The notes: generated by a model not told the origin, from the sequence alone. Counted from the first letter of the stretch, positions 50,300-64,000 are shown. The stretch: DNA of 64,000 nucleotides from Lama glama (GCA_028534125.1 CM052816.1:71736001-71800000); one strand, 5' to 3'. Translations and numbers: made by a program.

Positions 50300-53200
50300 G
50301 TGACCCAAAACCCAGTGAATAAAAAAGTAGAATGACTTGTAATTCAGATATTTGAAGTAATCAGATATAGAGTTAAAATAACTATGATTTGAAATGATTA
50401 GATATAGTTAAAATAAATATATTTAAGAAAGTAAGTGCCAAAATGGAAAGTCTTACCAGAGCTCTGGAGTCAGTACAAAAAAAATAAAAGAGAAATATTA
50501 GACATGTGAAAAAACGATATCTAAAATTAAGTGCTCAATAGATAGATGTAACAATAAATTAGATAGACCAGAAGAGAGGCTTAGTAAACTGAAAGATAGA
50601 TCGGCTGAAATTACACAGGATCAAGCAAAAGAGAAAAAAATGATTTAAAAAAAACATATAGAAGAGCATAAAAGATATGTGAAATCAGGTGAAAAATTAT
50701 AGTACTGCACATATAATTGAAGTCTCAGAAAGAGAAAAAGGAGAGGGGGAGGGGCAGCACTTTCTAGGACTGATGAAACTGTGCAGTGACATATTCAAGA
50801 AGTTCTTTTGTCACAAGGCAGGAGACACACAAAGAACACTACACTTAGGCACATGTAGCAAACTGCTGAACACTAACATCTAACAGAAAATTTAGAGGCA
50901 GACAGGGGAAAAAAACCACATTAACTTCAAATGATCACAAGATTGACAATTGGCTTCTTAACAGAAATGATGTAAGCCAGAATACAATGGAATGACATTT
51001 TTAAGGTCAAAAGAGATAGAGGGGGAAAAAGCCTGCCTACCTATGATTTTAAATCCAGTGAAAATATGTCTCAAAAATTAAAGTGAAATAAAAATGTTGG
51101 AGAAAAAACAAAAACCAGAAATAATATATTATCAATAGACACCCCCCCACCACACACACACAAACTAGTAAAGGGAGATCTTCAGACAGAAGGAAAATGA
51201 TCAGAGATGGGAGCACAGATATTTAGAAAATATAATAAAAAGCATTAAAAGTAGTAAACACATATTCGTCTTTTTACATTATGTAGAACAGTAACCAAAA
51301 TTTGGCATCCTGGATAACAAGGCAAATCTCAAAAAATATCAAATGACTAAAAATCCTTCTCTGACTATAGAGGAGTTAAGCTAGAAATAATAATCCAAAC
51401 ACAGCTCACAATGCCCAGATACTAAGAAATTAAACAATACAATTACGGATTACCTATAGAACAAAGAAGAAAACTCAATTTTATAAAATATTTTGGGTTG
51501 GAAGATAAGGAAATTATCACATATAGAATTTTAGGGCACGCAGGTAAAATGAGGCTTGGATAGAGATGTATAGCAATAAATCAAATTTTAAAAAAATAAG
51601 AAAGGCTGAACATTAATCATATAAAGATATATATGAAGCATTTAGGGACACAAAATCACATTAATCCTAAAGAAATTAGAAGTCAGTAAATAGTGAAGAA
51701 AATAATTAAATAGAGAACAAGTATAATACTAAAAAATCAACAAAGCCAAATATGTGTTCTTTGAAAAGACTAAAAATCCTGACAAGCTTCTAATAAAACT
51801 GATCAAAACTCTGCTACTTGCCCACCACCACACACAAATTACTAATATCAGGAATGAAACAGTGGATGTCACTACAGATCCTCCATATAGTAATAGATCA
51901 AAGAACAGGTTTAGGCAAATAACGTTGAAAATTTAGATGAAATGAAAAAATTCCTGGAAAAAATAACACCTTAGAGTAAGTAACACACACAAAATAGAAA
52001 ATCCAAATAGTGCAATATTATCACAAAAATTGAAAATTTATCATTAGAGGAAACTCCAGGCCTGTTTGGGTTGCCAGGTGAATTCTTGCAACTGTGTACT
52101 GAAAATATAACACCAATCTGACCAACCGTTTTTTTCCCAGAGAACATGCAAGGATGAAATAAAATGTAAAAACTTTTCCAGATAATAGAAAAATATTAAA
52201 CACTTCCCAACTAGTTTTATGCATCTGGTACAACCTTGATACCAATATATGAAAAGTCTATTAAAAGAGGGGAAAATTTTAGGTCAATCACTCTTACAAC
52301 AATAGATACAAATTATAAAAGTATTATTAACACAATATTAAACAATATATTAAAAAGAACATAAAGAAATGATAAAGTAGAATTTATTCCAGAAATCCAA
52401 GTATGGCTTCATATTCAAAATTAATCAATTTAATTCAACACATTAATGTAAAATAAGAAAATATATATTAATAAACTTAATCGATGCAGAAAAACCATTT
52501 GGTAAAAACCAACACCCACTCATGATAAAACGTCTAAGCAATTTAGAAATAGAAGAAATGACTTTAATTTATTATATCACATAGTATGTAGTAGACTTCA
52601 TGTTTAATAAAAGAACAAAAGGCTTCCCCTAGCATTCAGCACAAGACAAGGGGGATTCTGACATCAAGACTTCTATTCAGCTGCACCCTGGAGGCCTAGC
52701 TGATGCAATAGGACAGGAAAAATGAATAACATATGTAATGATGGAAAGGAAGATATGCAGCTAACATGATTGTGTACTTTAAAATGCAAAATAACCTATA
52801 GACATAGTCTACAGTCAATAATGTACAGATAAAATGTATAGATTAAATGAACTCTCACTCAGATTTTCAGCTTAGTGAAAATTGATAAAGTGAGTGTAAA
52901 GCTTATATATAAATTGAGGACTACAAAAGCTAACACTATCTTGAAGGAAAACAAAATAGCAGATACTAAGATGTATTCTACCAGATACTAAGGCTTATAC
53001 TAAACTCAGAAATTAAGACAGCTTGAAATTGGTGCCAAGAAAAGCAATTAGATCTATGGAACAGAATAGAGTTCAGAAACAGACTGACATATATTGTTAA
53101 ATGATACATGGCAAATACACTTCTATAGTGCCACAGGGAGGGACAAACTTTTCAATAAATGTTGCTTTTGATATCAAATGAAAAAAAAACTTGATTCTTA

Positions 53201-54340
53201 CTTCACACTACATACACACCACACACACACACACACACACACACAACACACACACACACACACACATTCCAAGATGATTGTAGATTTAAATTTGAAACCT
53301 TAAAGAGTAAAACCTCCAAAAGCTTAAATAAGAGAATAACTTCATCACTTTATGGATAGCAAATAGGACGGAACACTTTAATTATAAAAGAGCGATCAAT
53401 TATTAGACTTTCTTAAAAGAAAAAACAAGAGCTTCTTTTTATCCAAAGATACCACTAAGATAAGCTACAGAATAGGAGAAAATATTTATAATACATATAT
53501 TTAATAAAGGCTCTAAATCTAGAATATACAAAGAATTCTTCAAGTCAATAAAGACACTACAGAACCACCTTAACCTCACCCCTTTTGGCAGATGACTTGA
53601 ATGAGCACTTCATAAAAGTAGGTTTTCAAATGACTAATGAATGTATGGATCAGAGCTCAACATCATTAGTAATCAGAAAATGAAAATTAAAAACACAATG
53701 GAATACCATTAAACTGACATGAAAATGTTTTCTTTTTTTAATTGGCAGTACTAAGTACTGGCAAAATTTTAGAGCAACTGGAATTCTCATACACTGCTGA
53801 CAGAAGTGTAGATTGATACAATTAATTTAACAGTATATGTCTAAAACTGATACACAAATACTCTGACCTAGCAATTTCACTCCTAGGTGTATGGCTAATA
53901 GAATTATGTATGTATATGTGCCAAAGGACAGTTATAAAAATTTTCATAGCAGCATTATTCATTTATAGACCAAAAAAGAAGATTTAAAGATTATCACCAA
54001 TAGAATAGATAAATCAAGACATATTCATACAACGGAATACTATCTAGTGATAAAAATAAATGAACTATCATTACACAAAGCAATATGGATTAATCTTACA
54101 AACAAAATTTTAAGCAAAAGAAACTAACAACAAAAGGTAAATGCTATACGATTTCAGTTAAAAGTTCAAAAAAAACTAATCTGAAGTGATAGAAATCAAT
54201 AGTTATCCTTGGTTAGGTAATGCTGTTAGTGTTTGTTTCCTTTGCAGGTGGTTTCTCTGGTGTCTTTGTACAAATTCATCAAACTGTTTACCTAGGAAAT
54301 GTGTACTTCTCTCTATTATATCCATTTTAAAGTACTTAAG
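50300..54340 (+). mobile_element. Ancient L1ME-type element: ORF1, internally deleted ORF2 and 3' UTR
   Basis: ORF1-like 'gaagagaggcttagtaaactgaaagataga' and 'gccagaatacaatggaatgacattttt'; ORF2 remnant FFEKTKNPDKLLIKLIK..QITNIRNE..TTDP (51754-51936); 'atcgatgcagaaaaaccatttg' (IDAEK.F); 3' UTR 'caatatggattaatcttacaaaca...aaattcatcaaactg'. Confidence 0.88.
53211..53266. repeat. Interrupted (CA)n microsatellite within the L1
   Basis: Long CA run with two single-base interruptions. Confidence 0.92.
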
Positions 54341-54504
54341 AACAAGGCAAAGATGAGTTGTTGAAATCAAAGTACATTATTAAGGCAAAATTTTGAAGGA
54401 GGAGAAATAGATCATAGAGCATTGACAAAATAAAGATGTAGTGGATAGGAAGAAAGCGTAAGTCAAAGGGCAAGAAAGGTGGTTGTTGATTCATTTTAAA
54501 GAAT

Positions 54505-54876
54505 GTGTATCACTCATATGTAGAATCTAAAAAAAAAAAGACACAAATAACCTTATTTACAAAACAGAAATGGACTTACAAACATAGAAAACAAACTTAT
54601 GGTTACCAGAGGGAAAGAGGGTGGGAAGGGATAAATTGGGAGCGTGAGATTTGCAGATGCTACTATATGTAAAATAGATAAACAAATTCATACTGTACAG
54701 CACAGGGAACTAAACTCAGTATCTTGTAGTAACAAAACAAAAATGAAAAAGAATGTGAAAAGACATATGTATGTATATGTATGACTGAAACATTATGCTA
54801 TACACCATAAATTGATACAACATTGTAAATTGACTATACTCCAACTTAAAAAAAAACTCTGAAATTTAAAAAAAGA
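54505..54876 (+). mobile_element. Young L1 3' end (camelid-like variant)
   Basis: 'tatcactcatatgtagaatctaaaaaa...aaacttatggttaccagagggaaagagggtgggaagggataaattggg...acattgtaaattgactatactccaa' plus A-rich tail; short TSD-like aaagaat on both sides. Confidence 0.92.
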
Positions 54877-55229
54877 AAAGAATAAACAAGGTATCTTCAT
54901 GGAAATTCCAGTCAAAACATATTCATAAAAAGAAAAGAATTGTAGTATTAATTTAAAGATATCATAGAGAAGCTCATACAACGTGTTTTAAACTGTATTT
55001 TGTAAGTAGTTTAGATAAAGTAATTTTTAAGGTTTTGTTTAGCTCTATTCTTTGATTGTGGGTATTAATGGATGTATATGTATTATATATGAACATAGAA
55101 TTGAACTGACTGAATAAAATCACCTTCTTACCCTCAAAAAATAAAAATAAACAACACATCTATGGAAGAATCCCCAAAGAAGGAAAAATTAGAAAATTCA
55201 GTTCTGAGACAGACTGCTAAACATAGCAT

Positions 55230-55322
55230 CTGTGAGTTCTTAGGTAGGATGACTATTTGTGCACATGTTTCCAAAAACCCGATAGAGTGCCTTACATGAT
55301 GTAGTTGTTCAATAAACGTTTA
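55230..55322 (+). mobile_element. L2 3' terminal relic
   Basis: 'ctgtgagttcttaggtagg...agtgccttacatgatgtagttgttcaataaacgttt'. Confidence 0.5.
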
Positions 55323-56659
55323 ATTACCAGTAGAGCAGTGTTTAGAGAGGCAGCTTTTGTTTGAAAGACAAGGATAGAGCCAAGTGGAGGAGGAAGGCAC
55401 CTCCTAACTACATCTCCCACATTCCTAGACCTTGACCTCCAGCTATAACATTTAAGCTAGTTCTTCTATAGACAGAGGAGCACATTTTGACAGGCTGAGG
55501 AAGGTGCAGGACTTGCATCACTTAAGTTTTTTCTCTTCTGAATTATAATTGCATTGTGGATAATCGGTTTTTATTTTTCAGTACTCTATTTAAAATACTT
55601 TAATTGCACCAGGTTTAGATAATGTAATTTACAAAGAAGAATGATCAACATTAAATTCCTATAGATTCATTCTATATTATGAATGAGTAATGACTGTATA
55701 TTATGTATTTAGGTACAATAGTCTAATGCTGTGAGTTGGACGAAAATAGATAGTGGACATGCAGTTAACATTATACATCCTCATTTTACCATAACTCTTT
55801 AAGCATTTAAATATAAACTTGTTAAGTATGTATGTGTATTCAGACATTGAGAAAAAACATAATTAACTTTAGTCAACCACTTGGTTATTCAAGTGAGAGT
55901 GTTGTTAATTGGCTGTGAAAACCATACTCAACCGTTCTTCTGTACTATCTATTGTTGGACTGTAAGTTCATATTTCACCTTTTCCATATTTGCCAAGGCA
56001 CCACAGCCATTCTCCTTTCAAATGAGAGGAGTTAGCATCAGTGCTTAGGTTGATTCAATTTTCTGAGTGTGGTTTCAGACAAGTAAATGTTCACTCCCTT
56101 TTGTGTTATGTCCAATTTCTAATTTATTTTTTAGTCACAAAAGTTTATGTAATCATTATAAAAATACACAAGTAGGTCAAATAGGAGTTTAGGTTTCCCC
56201 TTTCTTTATTCCCTTAAATCCCTCAGGGCAATAATTCCTTCCAACATGGAATATTTTTTTGTTAGAAACATTTCTGACAAAAGATAACCCTCAATTTGAA
56301 AATAAGTGCAAAATTTAAAGTCCAACTTAAAACAATCTTATATCATCAGTTTTCTTAGTACATATGTTAAGATGGGGAAATCTGAAATTCAGACCTGATG
56401 ATTTTCTGTGTGAAGAGTAACCAAGAATGAGAACTGGGAATATGGACAATTTGGAGGGAAAAAATCAAAACCTGCGAACAAAAATAATGGTAACATTCAG
56501 AGGTCTTTGTTGAAATGATTCAGTGGCCCAAAGTCTTCATATTTTCCTCACACAATACTTCTCTATCTGTATCTTCTAAGCTTCAGCAAAACAGCTGTCT
56601 TGATTGATGACTTCCTCAAACAGCTCCTCGATAAATCTTAAACTTTGCATTTTCTTTTT

Positions 56660-56766
56660 CACTTAACGGTAAGCTTCTTTAGGCAAAGACTTTGCATTAT
56701 TATTCATCTTTATCCCCAGAGTTTGGCATTATGTTTCGCACTTGGTAGGGGCTGGATTAATAAATC
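56660..56766 (+). mobile_element. L2 3' terminal relic
   Basis: 'gtaagcttctttaggcaaagactttg...attcatctttatccccaga...gcacttggtagg...aataaat'. Confidence 0.55.
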
Positions 56767-57644
56767 CAGTCCTTGTAGGAAAAAAAAAATAGAAGAGAAA
56801 TCTTCGGACTCAATTACAAGCAATCTTGAGCTGGTATGTAGGAGTGAAATAATTAAATCACTACTCTCGAGATGCTAAGTGGCTGTTGTTCCTTCAACAA
56901 ACATACTCAGAAGTTATGTATGTAGAAGACTTGCCAAGGAGCAAATCAAACCGTATAAAAAGAGTTGAGTTAACTTAATCTAAATAACCATTATTAAATG
57001 TGATCAAACTCTCTTGCATATGAGTGTTCTTTGAACACGCCAGCATTCCTGTCTGTGAATTATAGGAATAGTACTTTCAGATTGATTTTCATGTTAAACT
57101 CAATTTTCAATTTGTGGTCTCAGTGGACAAATCACATCAGAGCACACAAGTGCAAATGTGACCTTGACACCAGGCTTCTTGCCTTCTCAATCTTATTTTG
57201 GATATTAAAAACATGCATACTGTTGTGCATTCACTGTATTCATTTTAACATCCAAATTTGAAAAGAAGGAATGTATTAGCAAGTGGCTTTAATTAAATTA
57301 TTAGTTTGCTCAGAAGTGTGTGTATGCGTGTTGTTTACCTCCAGTGTTCCAAGTCTTAATGAAAATGTCCTACGCAGTTCCTATATTTTATATTCATTGA
57401 TAACAGTAAATGGCTTCAAAAGCAGTTCTACAAAAATGTGGAGTGACACATCAGTGACTTGACATGTCTTTTTGACATAGACTCAACTGACTGAAAAGTT
57501 AGACATTCAGTCAGTCATCCCTAAAGTAAACTCTGGACTATTTTTTTTTAAACACTAAACTGACTTTAACTCAAGAGTCAATTGATTTTAAATCCTTAGG
57601 GAATAAAACAGACCATCTTATAAACTTAAAGAACAAATTATAGT

Positions 57645-57960
57645 TAGTTCATTCATTTCCATTCAATTCATCAAATAGTTATTGAGAAATTCTTTCAGTA
57701 GAATTTCAACAAGTCCACATGGCAGAGAGGGAAGAACATAAATAAGGGCAGGAAAGCACTGAGCATGTTTGAGGGCAGCCTGTGGCCCAGTTTGGCTCTA
57801 AGTATTGAATGCTATGGAGAGGAGGTGGAAGGTGGAGTTGAGTTATATCATGGAAGGCCTTGAATTGATAAGAATTTGTCCTCGTTTCTTAAGCAATTTA
57901 GGACCATGGAAAATTTTTATAATAGAAGAGTGATATCTTTCGAGACATCATTAAAAAAGT
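57645..57960 (-). mobile_element. L2 relic
   Basis: 'ttcattcatttccattcaattcatcaaatagttattgag' and 'atcatggaaggccttgaatt...ccatggaaaattttta...agagtgata'. Confidence 0.55.
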
Positions 57961-58129
57961 TAATCTCCAAATAGTATCAAGATCAGTGGTGTTGGAGAAA
58001 ATGGGGGAAAGGAGATCTATAAGCTAAAACACAATTCAATACATTTGATTAAAATTCTGTTGGATTTCTGCCTAATTGTATTTCTGATGAGACATAGTAA
58101 TATATTTTTCCTAAAAACAGAAATATTTC

Positions 58130-58270
58130 AGATTCATATGAAGCTCACATTTACTTAGCTTCTATTATAGTCACATACACTATCTCATCGAACCCTTAAT
58201 AGAGATTTTGCTGATAAGAAAACTGAGAATTAGGAAAGATTACTTTTTCAAGGTCACACAGACAATAAGC
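58130..58270 (-). mobile_element. MIR relic
   Basis: 'tcacatacactatctcat...attttgctgataagaaaactgag...caaggtcacacag'. Confidence 0.65.
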
Positions 58271-59707
58271 CATGAATGTTTACAGCAGAAGAGAGAATGA
58301 AATTAAATCAGCATTTTCAGGGAAAATAATCCAGGGGAAATACACTGCCTAGACCAGAGGTAGGGAAAGACTACAAATAAAGAGGCCACTGCAATCATCT
58401 CTATTTTTTAGTGACAGACATGAATTAACATATATTTATATATATGTTATATATAGAGAGTACTAAGCTAGACCTTCCAATTCTCTTGGTAGTAAAGAAA
58501 TATAACAATAAATTCGATGTATTTTAACTATTATGTTGTCTAGGTGTTTGCTGCTGTCATTGCATGTTTATTTGCTTGTTTAATTTGTGGAAGGAGAGAA
58601 GGGTGCCTGTAAAAATATCTATTATCTAAGTTGCTGATTGGTCTGTTGCTTATTTCAAGTACTCTTTAGTCTAGAATAACCCAGTGAAGTCCTTCTACAA
58701 TATGAAGAAATGAACATGTGCTATTTCTCTCTAACATATAAATGCTCTGTCTTAGAGTCATACTTTTAAAGTGGTTTCCCTAAATTTAAGAAATTAATCC
58801 AGGTGAAATATCAGGAAGTCAGATATTCCAGCCATGCTGAGGAGTTTTGTGTTATACCACTGGAAGTCAGTATTTATTAATTGTTTTTTACACTTAAAAA
58901 CAGAAGAATGGCTTCTGAATGAATTACCCTTCTAAATCAAGCTTAAACACTTTGCCATTTCTTATGGGAGGTGGATTTTTTCCCCCAATGCCTATTACAA
59001 GTTTTGATAAACTAAACCTACACATTTTTCTTACCTTGGATTAAATCACACTTTCACTTTGCTTTCAACAAGCATGCTTATTTATAAATCAGAATTAATC
59101 CAGGGAAAATGATGACATACATAAATGCTGGTGGGAGGGAGCTCAGTGGGTTTGCCACAAGTGGAGGAAATAGTACTCTGAAAGTTACAGCACTTTGGAA
59201 TATGAAAGATGGAGTCAGTGCAATATTTATACTTCAGTCCTCTTTCCCCCCCTAAATCACATTTCTTGTGCAAGAGTGCCTATTGGCCGAAGGAGAGTTT
59301 AGTGAATCAGGCCTTAAATTACTGCAGCCAGTAATTGTTGACATATGTGTACTTTACAGTGCTAATTTATTTCACCATGAACCCAGTGTTTACGAACACA
59401 CAAAAGCAGATTTATAGTACATGAGATTAAGAACATTTTTATTCTTTATTTTTAGATTTTTAAGTTAGATATATTTAAAAATGTAAAATACATTTGAAAA
59501 TGATGTGAATCTGCCCAGTGTGAAGCCCAGTGAACTGTAAAATGTTACTTCTTGGGGAATTGAGAAAGAAAATCATTTTATTTAAAGGTCATTATAACCT
59601 ATGTTTGAAATGCTAAGATGATTTGAAGATCTTAGATCTAAGGTCATGTTAACAGATAAGATCTTGAGGGATCACAGGATTAAGTTATGTTTTGAGTAAT
59701 GAGGCTG

Positions 59708-59952
59708 TCTAACATTTACTGAGCCCTCATGCTGTTGCCTGGCGGTGTTCTAAGCCCTTCACATAGATTATCTCATTTAGTCATCATAACAACCATCAGA
59801 ACTGGGCGCTGTTAATATTCCCATAGAGCGGATGAAACACTCGGAGTTGGAAAAGCTAATTGACTTCCCCAGTGTCACGCTGTTAAGAAGTGAGTAATCC
59901 AGGGTTCAACCCCGGGTAGTCTGTCTCCAGAGACCAACTGCAGCCACCACCC
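59708..59952 (-). mobile_element. MIR SINE, near full length
   Basis: 'taacatttactgag...tgttctaagcccttcacatagattatctcatttagtcatcataacaacc...gtcacgctgttaagaagt...gggttcaaccccgggtagtctgtctccagag'. Confidence 0.85.
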
Positions 59953-60919
59953 ACCATTGTTAGAACTGGGTCTGCTCTTTCCAGGGAGTGTATAGAAAAT
60001 GATAGCGTCTTCCTCCATTGGTATTTCTTAGAGAACGGTAGCCTATTTCCACTTCCATAAATACAGGTTGAGACAGGATACCATGGAAGTGAATTAGATT
60101 AAATTTGTAAGAGAAAGGCAACTCACGTGAGCAAAGATCACTGACAAAAATTTATTAAACTTGTTGCAAGGCCTGTTCTCCTAGTTTTATCCTTTTCCTC
60201 ATCTTTATTGACCCTTTGTTTTCCCATCCCTCAAAGGGAATAAATTAATAAATTAATGAGAATTTAATGAATGTTTTCTGCATATGTTGGCCTGCATGTG
60301 CTGGTCTGTATACTGTATACGCTGGTGTAAATTATCAAGAGAATCATACAGTTTAAGAATGGTGTCTGGTTTGTACCCTCAAGAGCATATAGTCTGCATA
60401 AAAAGCAAGACATAAAACAGCAAAAGACAGTGGACAATAAGTAAATGCTGAGGTAAATAAGTAAATCTGGCGGAGAGAATAAGTGCACAAAAGTTCAATT
60501 TTTTGTTCTTTTTTTGTTTTTGGAAAAGGCATTTCAGCCAGCTGTCAGAGGGTATAGAATATTCCAATAGATAGAAAAGAAAGTCATTGGAGAAAAGAAA
60601 CTGTTGGCGGTTAAAAGAGCAGTAGAAAAAATGGTATGGCATTAACTCTAACCACTTGTGAGACACTAGGGAGAGTTGTACAACCAGAGTAAAGGGCATA
60701 TTTGAGGAAGTTTTTGAAAATGAATTCAGATAGGAGGGTTAAATTGAAGAGGGATTTAGAAAGTTTTTTTAAAAAGTGATTTAATTTTATCTGAAATGTA
60801 GATGTGATCGCAGAACAGGCTAATCTCCTGTATTATGACACCCCTAATTTTTTGGCCATTCTTTTCTTTTTGAGCTAATCTTCCCTTTGAGTGTTTAGCA
60901 GATATATGTGGGGGTAAAC

Positions 60920-61141
60920 CAGAGCTTCTCAACCTAAGCACTGTTGATATTCTAGGCTGGATGACTGTCGCTGGGGGCTGTTCTGTGCATTGTGGGATGT
61001 TTAGCACATCCCTGGCCTCTATTCCCTGAATGACAGTAGTACCCCCGCCCTAGTGGCGACAAACAAAAATGTCTCTCGATGTCATCGTCCTCAGGTGTCC
61101 CCTGGAGGATCAACATCACCCACCCACGTGGAGAACCACTG
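60920..61141 (+). mobile_element. MER20 hAT-Charlie element, full length
   Basis: TIRs cagagcttctcaac ... gtggagaaccactg; internal 'gggggctgttctgtgcattgtgggatgtttagcacatccctggcctcta...acaaacaaaaatgtctc'. Confidence 0.93.
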
Positions 61142-63509
61142 GGATCCACTTTACCTCTTTGGACTAAAATGCATGATACGTTCCTATTTTTGTCAGGGAT
61201 TTTCAAGGTACATAAATGGCATTGTTTATCTTGATAACGTGGAATCACTTCAAAATCGCTTGTTTGGATTCCAAAATACAAATAAAAATGGATGCTATGC
61301 AATCTGGCATCATAAATTCAGAACTTAAGGAAAAAGTCGCCATTATACAGTTTTTGCTGTTGTTGGGAATCCATCACTAATCACAAACAAGTCAGCGAAT
61401 TCAGCTACCCCTACTATTTCCTTGTCATTTAAAACAAACTTTATTTTATTCTGGATTAATTTTCCCTTGTTCTGCTTCTTCATAACAAAGTTTTGGTTGA
61501 GTCCTTTCTAAGTGTTCTCTCTCCTCAACCAAACTGTAAGCCGCATATTTCCTAAAAGTATGCTTCAAAAAGGGTCAATAAATGCTATCTGATTAAAATA
61601 AAACCATGCTATTTCATATGATAGCATTTCTATTCATATCTATACGTAGCACACTCATACTTAAATATGAAATAATGTTAGATATTTAAAACTATTTTTA
61701 AATGTATGGAAAAGTATTATTTTATATAATAGTACATTGATAATAAAAAGATAAAGACTATCTATTGAGAGTTATTAGTAGTTTAGGAAACAATTTCTTT
61801 CTGAATTTCTAACTTTTTAAAATATTTTTAGTCCAACCTATTTTTTTTTTGGTGAGTATAGAAAATATAAGTACAAAATGAGATTTTGTTTCTTTGTCCT
61901 TGGAAATTTTGTTTGCATTCTGTTAGTCAAGCTAAAGCATGCCATTCAAAAACCTGGATAGTCTATGCAAGCAACATGGAAAATTACAACTTCTAAAAAT
62001 TTTTGAGTAAAAATAGAGTCATCCTAGTTAAGTGAATACATCAGAGTTAAGTGATATAGATGGTATTGAGAATTAACTGGATACACAGGAGAAGATGGAC
62101 TTTGCTGTCTGTCGTTGATGGGAGTGAATAAAACACACAAACTTCATCTTTTTCACTTGCCAGCTGGTGCGGCCATCTGCGTACCCAGGTACGTGCAGAA
62201 TGTGGGTAAAGCCCCAGGGGTGTCCTCTCAGAAACGCACCCGCCTGTTTGACCATCGCCTCCAGAGCTGCAGTCAGCACTCAGTTGGTCTGCAGCTCTCG
62301 GTTCTGAGCCCTGGCCCACCAGAGCCACCCTCTGGGGCACTGTCTGGACAAGTGCTGGTACTGGGACTCCTCTGGAATGCTTCTTCCTTCTGCCTGCATT
62401 CCTACTTAGACTCCTGTTTTTTTCACTTCCCTCATCTCTGAGACCTTCCCTTCTATGCCATGGGGTGCCAAACTGCCAGGCTTACATCTAAGACAAAGGT
62501 TTTTCCTATTATGTCTGTTGCTTCCTTTAATTAAAAAAAAAAATAGAGTCCTTAAATTGTAGTCTAACTCTACGAATGAAGTTGGAGTTCTTCTTACCCT
62601 TTCTTGGATTCTTTTTGTAGATGAGAAAATGCAGTATCTCTAAAATGGATAGGAAAGCCTCACGAAAGTATCCTTAATATGGAAATTATTTGTCTCATCT
62701 TTTACTGTGTCTAGGACTGAGGAAGGGTGTTTCATTGTCAAAGCACTTCATAATTGAGCATTTAGAGCACTTTGGTTTCTTTTCATCCCGTTCCGGGAGG
62801 TCAAATTGCAAAAGCCATTTAATCCAGTTATTTGACTTTTTCTCTCTCATCAATACTGGTAGCAGACTGTTGGCATAAATGACTTTTCTTAACAGACGCG
62901 CTACTGACCTTTTTGCCAAGAATATGTCCGTCTAGAAAAGTTCAGTGTGTAGACACTTTAATGGGTTTTGCTGTCATTCACCGTGTTGTGGGGGAACCTC
63001 TCCTTATGTCTGCACACCTTTGGAGCTCTGACACCTATTCTGTTCAACACTGTTATTGGTGTTATTGCCATATACGAAGTTACTGCCTTGCAGTCATTAT
63101 ACCTCTTACTCTTCTGGAATGATCGATTTTCAGGCAGTGCAGAAAGCACTCCTACTCCCTTAAATATGAGAGCTACAACATTTTCAGCTGCCAGCAATTT
63201 TAAGCTTGCTCTTTCACTGAATCTGAGGATAAGTGCTTTAAGCAAATTCAATGACTCATTATCATTCCCTGAGTCATGACTGTGTTTATCAGCAATGGAT
63301 AAAGCAGAGGAAGAAGACATGGTTCTTTCCCCAAATTCCCAATTACGTTACTCACACACTTACAGAACAGTTCTCTAAGTATATCATTGTACTGGAGCAA
63401 CTGTTGCATGGAAAGTTACACGGACAAGGAAGCAAGAAAACAGTCCACCCAAGGACGCTGGCACATGGGATTCTACAGCCTCGGTTTCTTAAAAGCAGGA
63501 AACAACTGT

Positions 63510-63996
63510 AACACATGGAGAAATCTAAATGGCCAGTAATAGGAAATGGGGAAGTAAACTGTGATATACTCATCTAATAGTATTAGACAGTCATTTAAAA
63601 TTAAGTGTAGCAAAAAGATAATGGCATAATGGCATGGCACAATGCTTATGAAATAAAATTATTTTTAAAATTCAGGATATAATCTATTTGCCCAGCTTGA
63701 TCTTAACTGTTTTTTTTTAATTGAAGTATATAGTCAGTTACAATGTGTCAATTTCTGGTGTACAGCATAACGTTTCAGCCATACATATACATACATATAT
63801 TCATTTTCATATTCTTTTTCATTATAGGTTACTACAAGATATTGAATATATTAACTGTTTAAAAGTATATGCATAGAAAAATAAATGGGGGTAATTTTAA
63901 CAAAATGTTACCAAGAGCCATCTCTGGATATTGGGATTCTATGTGAGATAACTATTTTTTTTTCCTTATATTTCTGTGTCTTCCAAAATTTCTACC
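63510..63996 (+). mobile_element. Ancient L1ME4-like 3' end, interrupted by a young L1
   Basis: 'aatctaaatggccagtaataggaaatgg...taaactgtgatata' and 'caaaatgtta...atctctgga...tgggattc...ttccaaaatttctac'. Confidence 0.7.
63713..63850 (-). mobile_element. Young L1 3' end (camelid-like variant) with TSD
   Basis: Poly(T) then 'aattgaagtata..gtcagttacaatgtgtcaatttctggtgtacagcataac'; TSD ttaactgttt at 63703-63712 and 63851-63860, followed by aa (L1 endonuclease-type site). Confidence 0.92.
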
Positions 63997-64000
63997 AGTA

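Noticed and set aside
62695..63320. Two adjacent minus-strand ORFs as one disrupted gene or endogenous viral element
   Set aside because: They are in different frames, separated by stops, with no recognisable motif. Kept only as a low-interest search suggestion.

Overview
AT-rich eutherian mammal genomic DNA, intronic or intergenic. I found no intact protein-coding gene, RNA gene or CRISPR array, and the short ORFs in the track are chance ORFs or shadows of repeats. The young L1 3'-UTR fragments are cetartiodactyl-type, and the 'TAGTCAGTTTACAATGTTGTGTCAATTTCTGG' variant resembles camelid L1s as I recall them. I saw no Alu, B1, Bov-tA, CHR or PRE-1 SINEs, so a camelid source is an inference. 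The one gene-derived feature is a 5'-truncated, disabled HNRNPA1 processed pseudogene (~18272-19255, +) copied from the isoform lacking exon 7B. The rest is a transposon fossil record: three large decayed L1s, nine short young L1 3' fragments (several with target-site duplications, TSDs), MLT1A/LTR33/LTR16-like solo LTRs, MER5A, MER20, MER2/Tigger2, MER94, Charlie4-like and MER115-like DNA transposons, and MIR, L2 and L3 relics. The most notable structures are a twin-primed inverted mini-L1 with a perfect 17-bp TSD, a three-layer MIR/LTR/L1 nest, and a recurring breakpoint in the young L1 3' UTR. I found no convincing novel biological system. Repeat names come from recalled consensus sequences, not a database search, and boundaries of old repeats are approximate.
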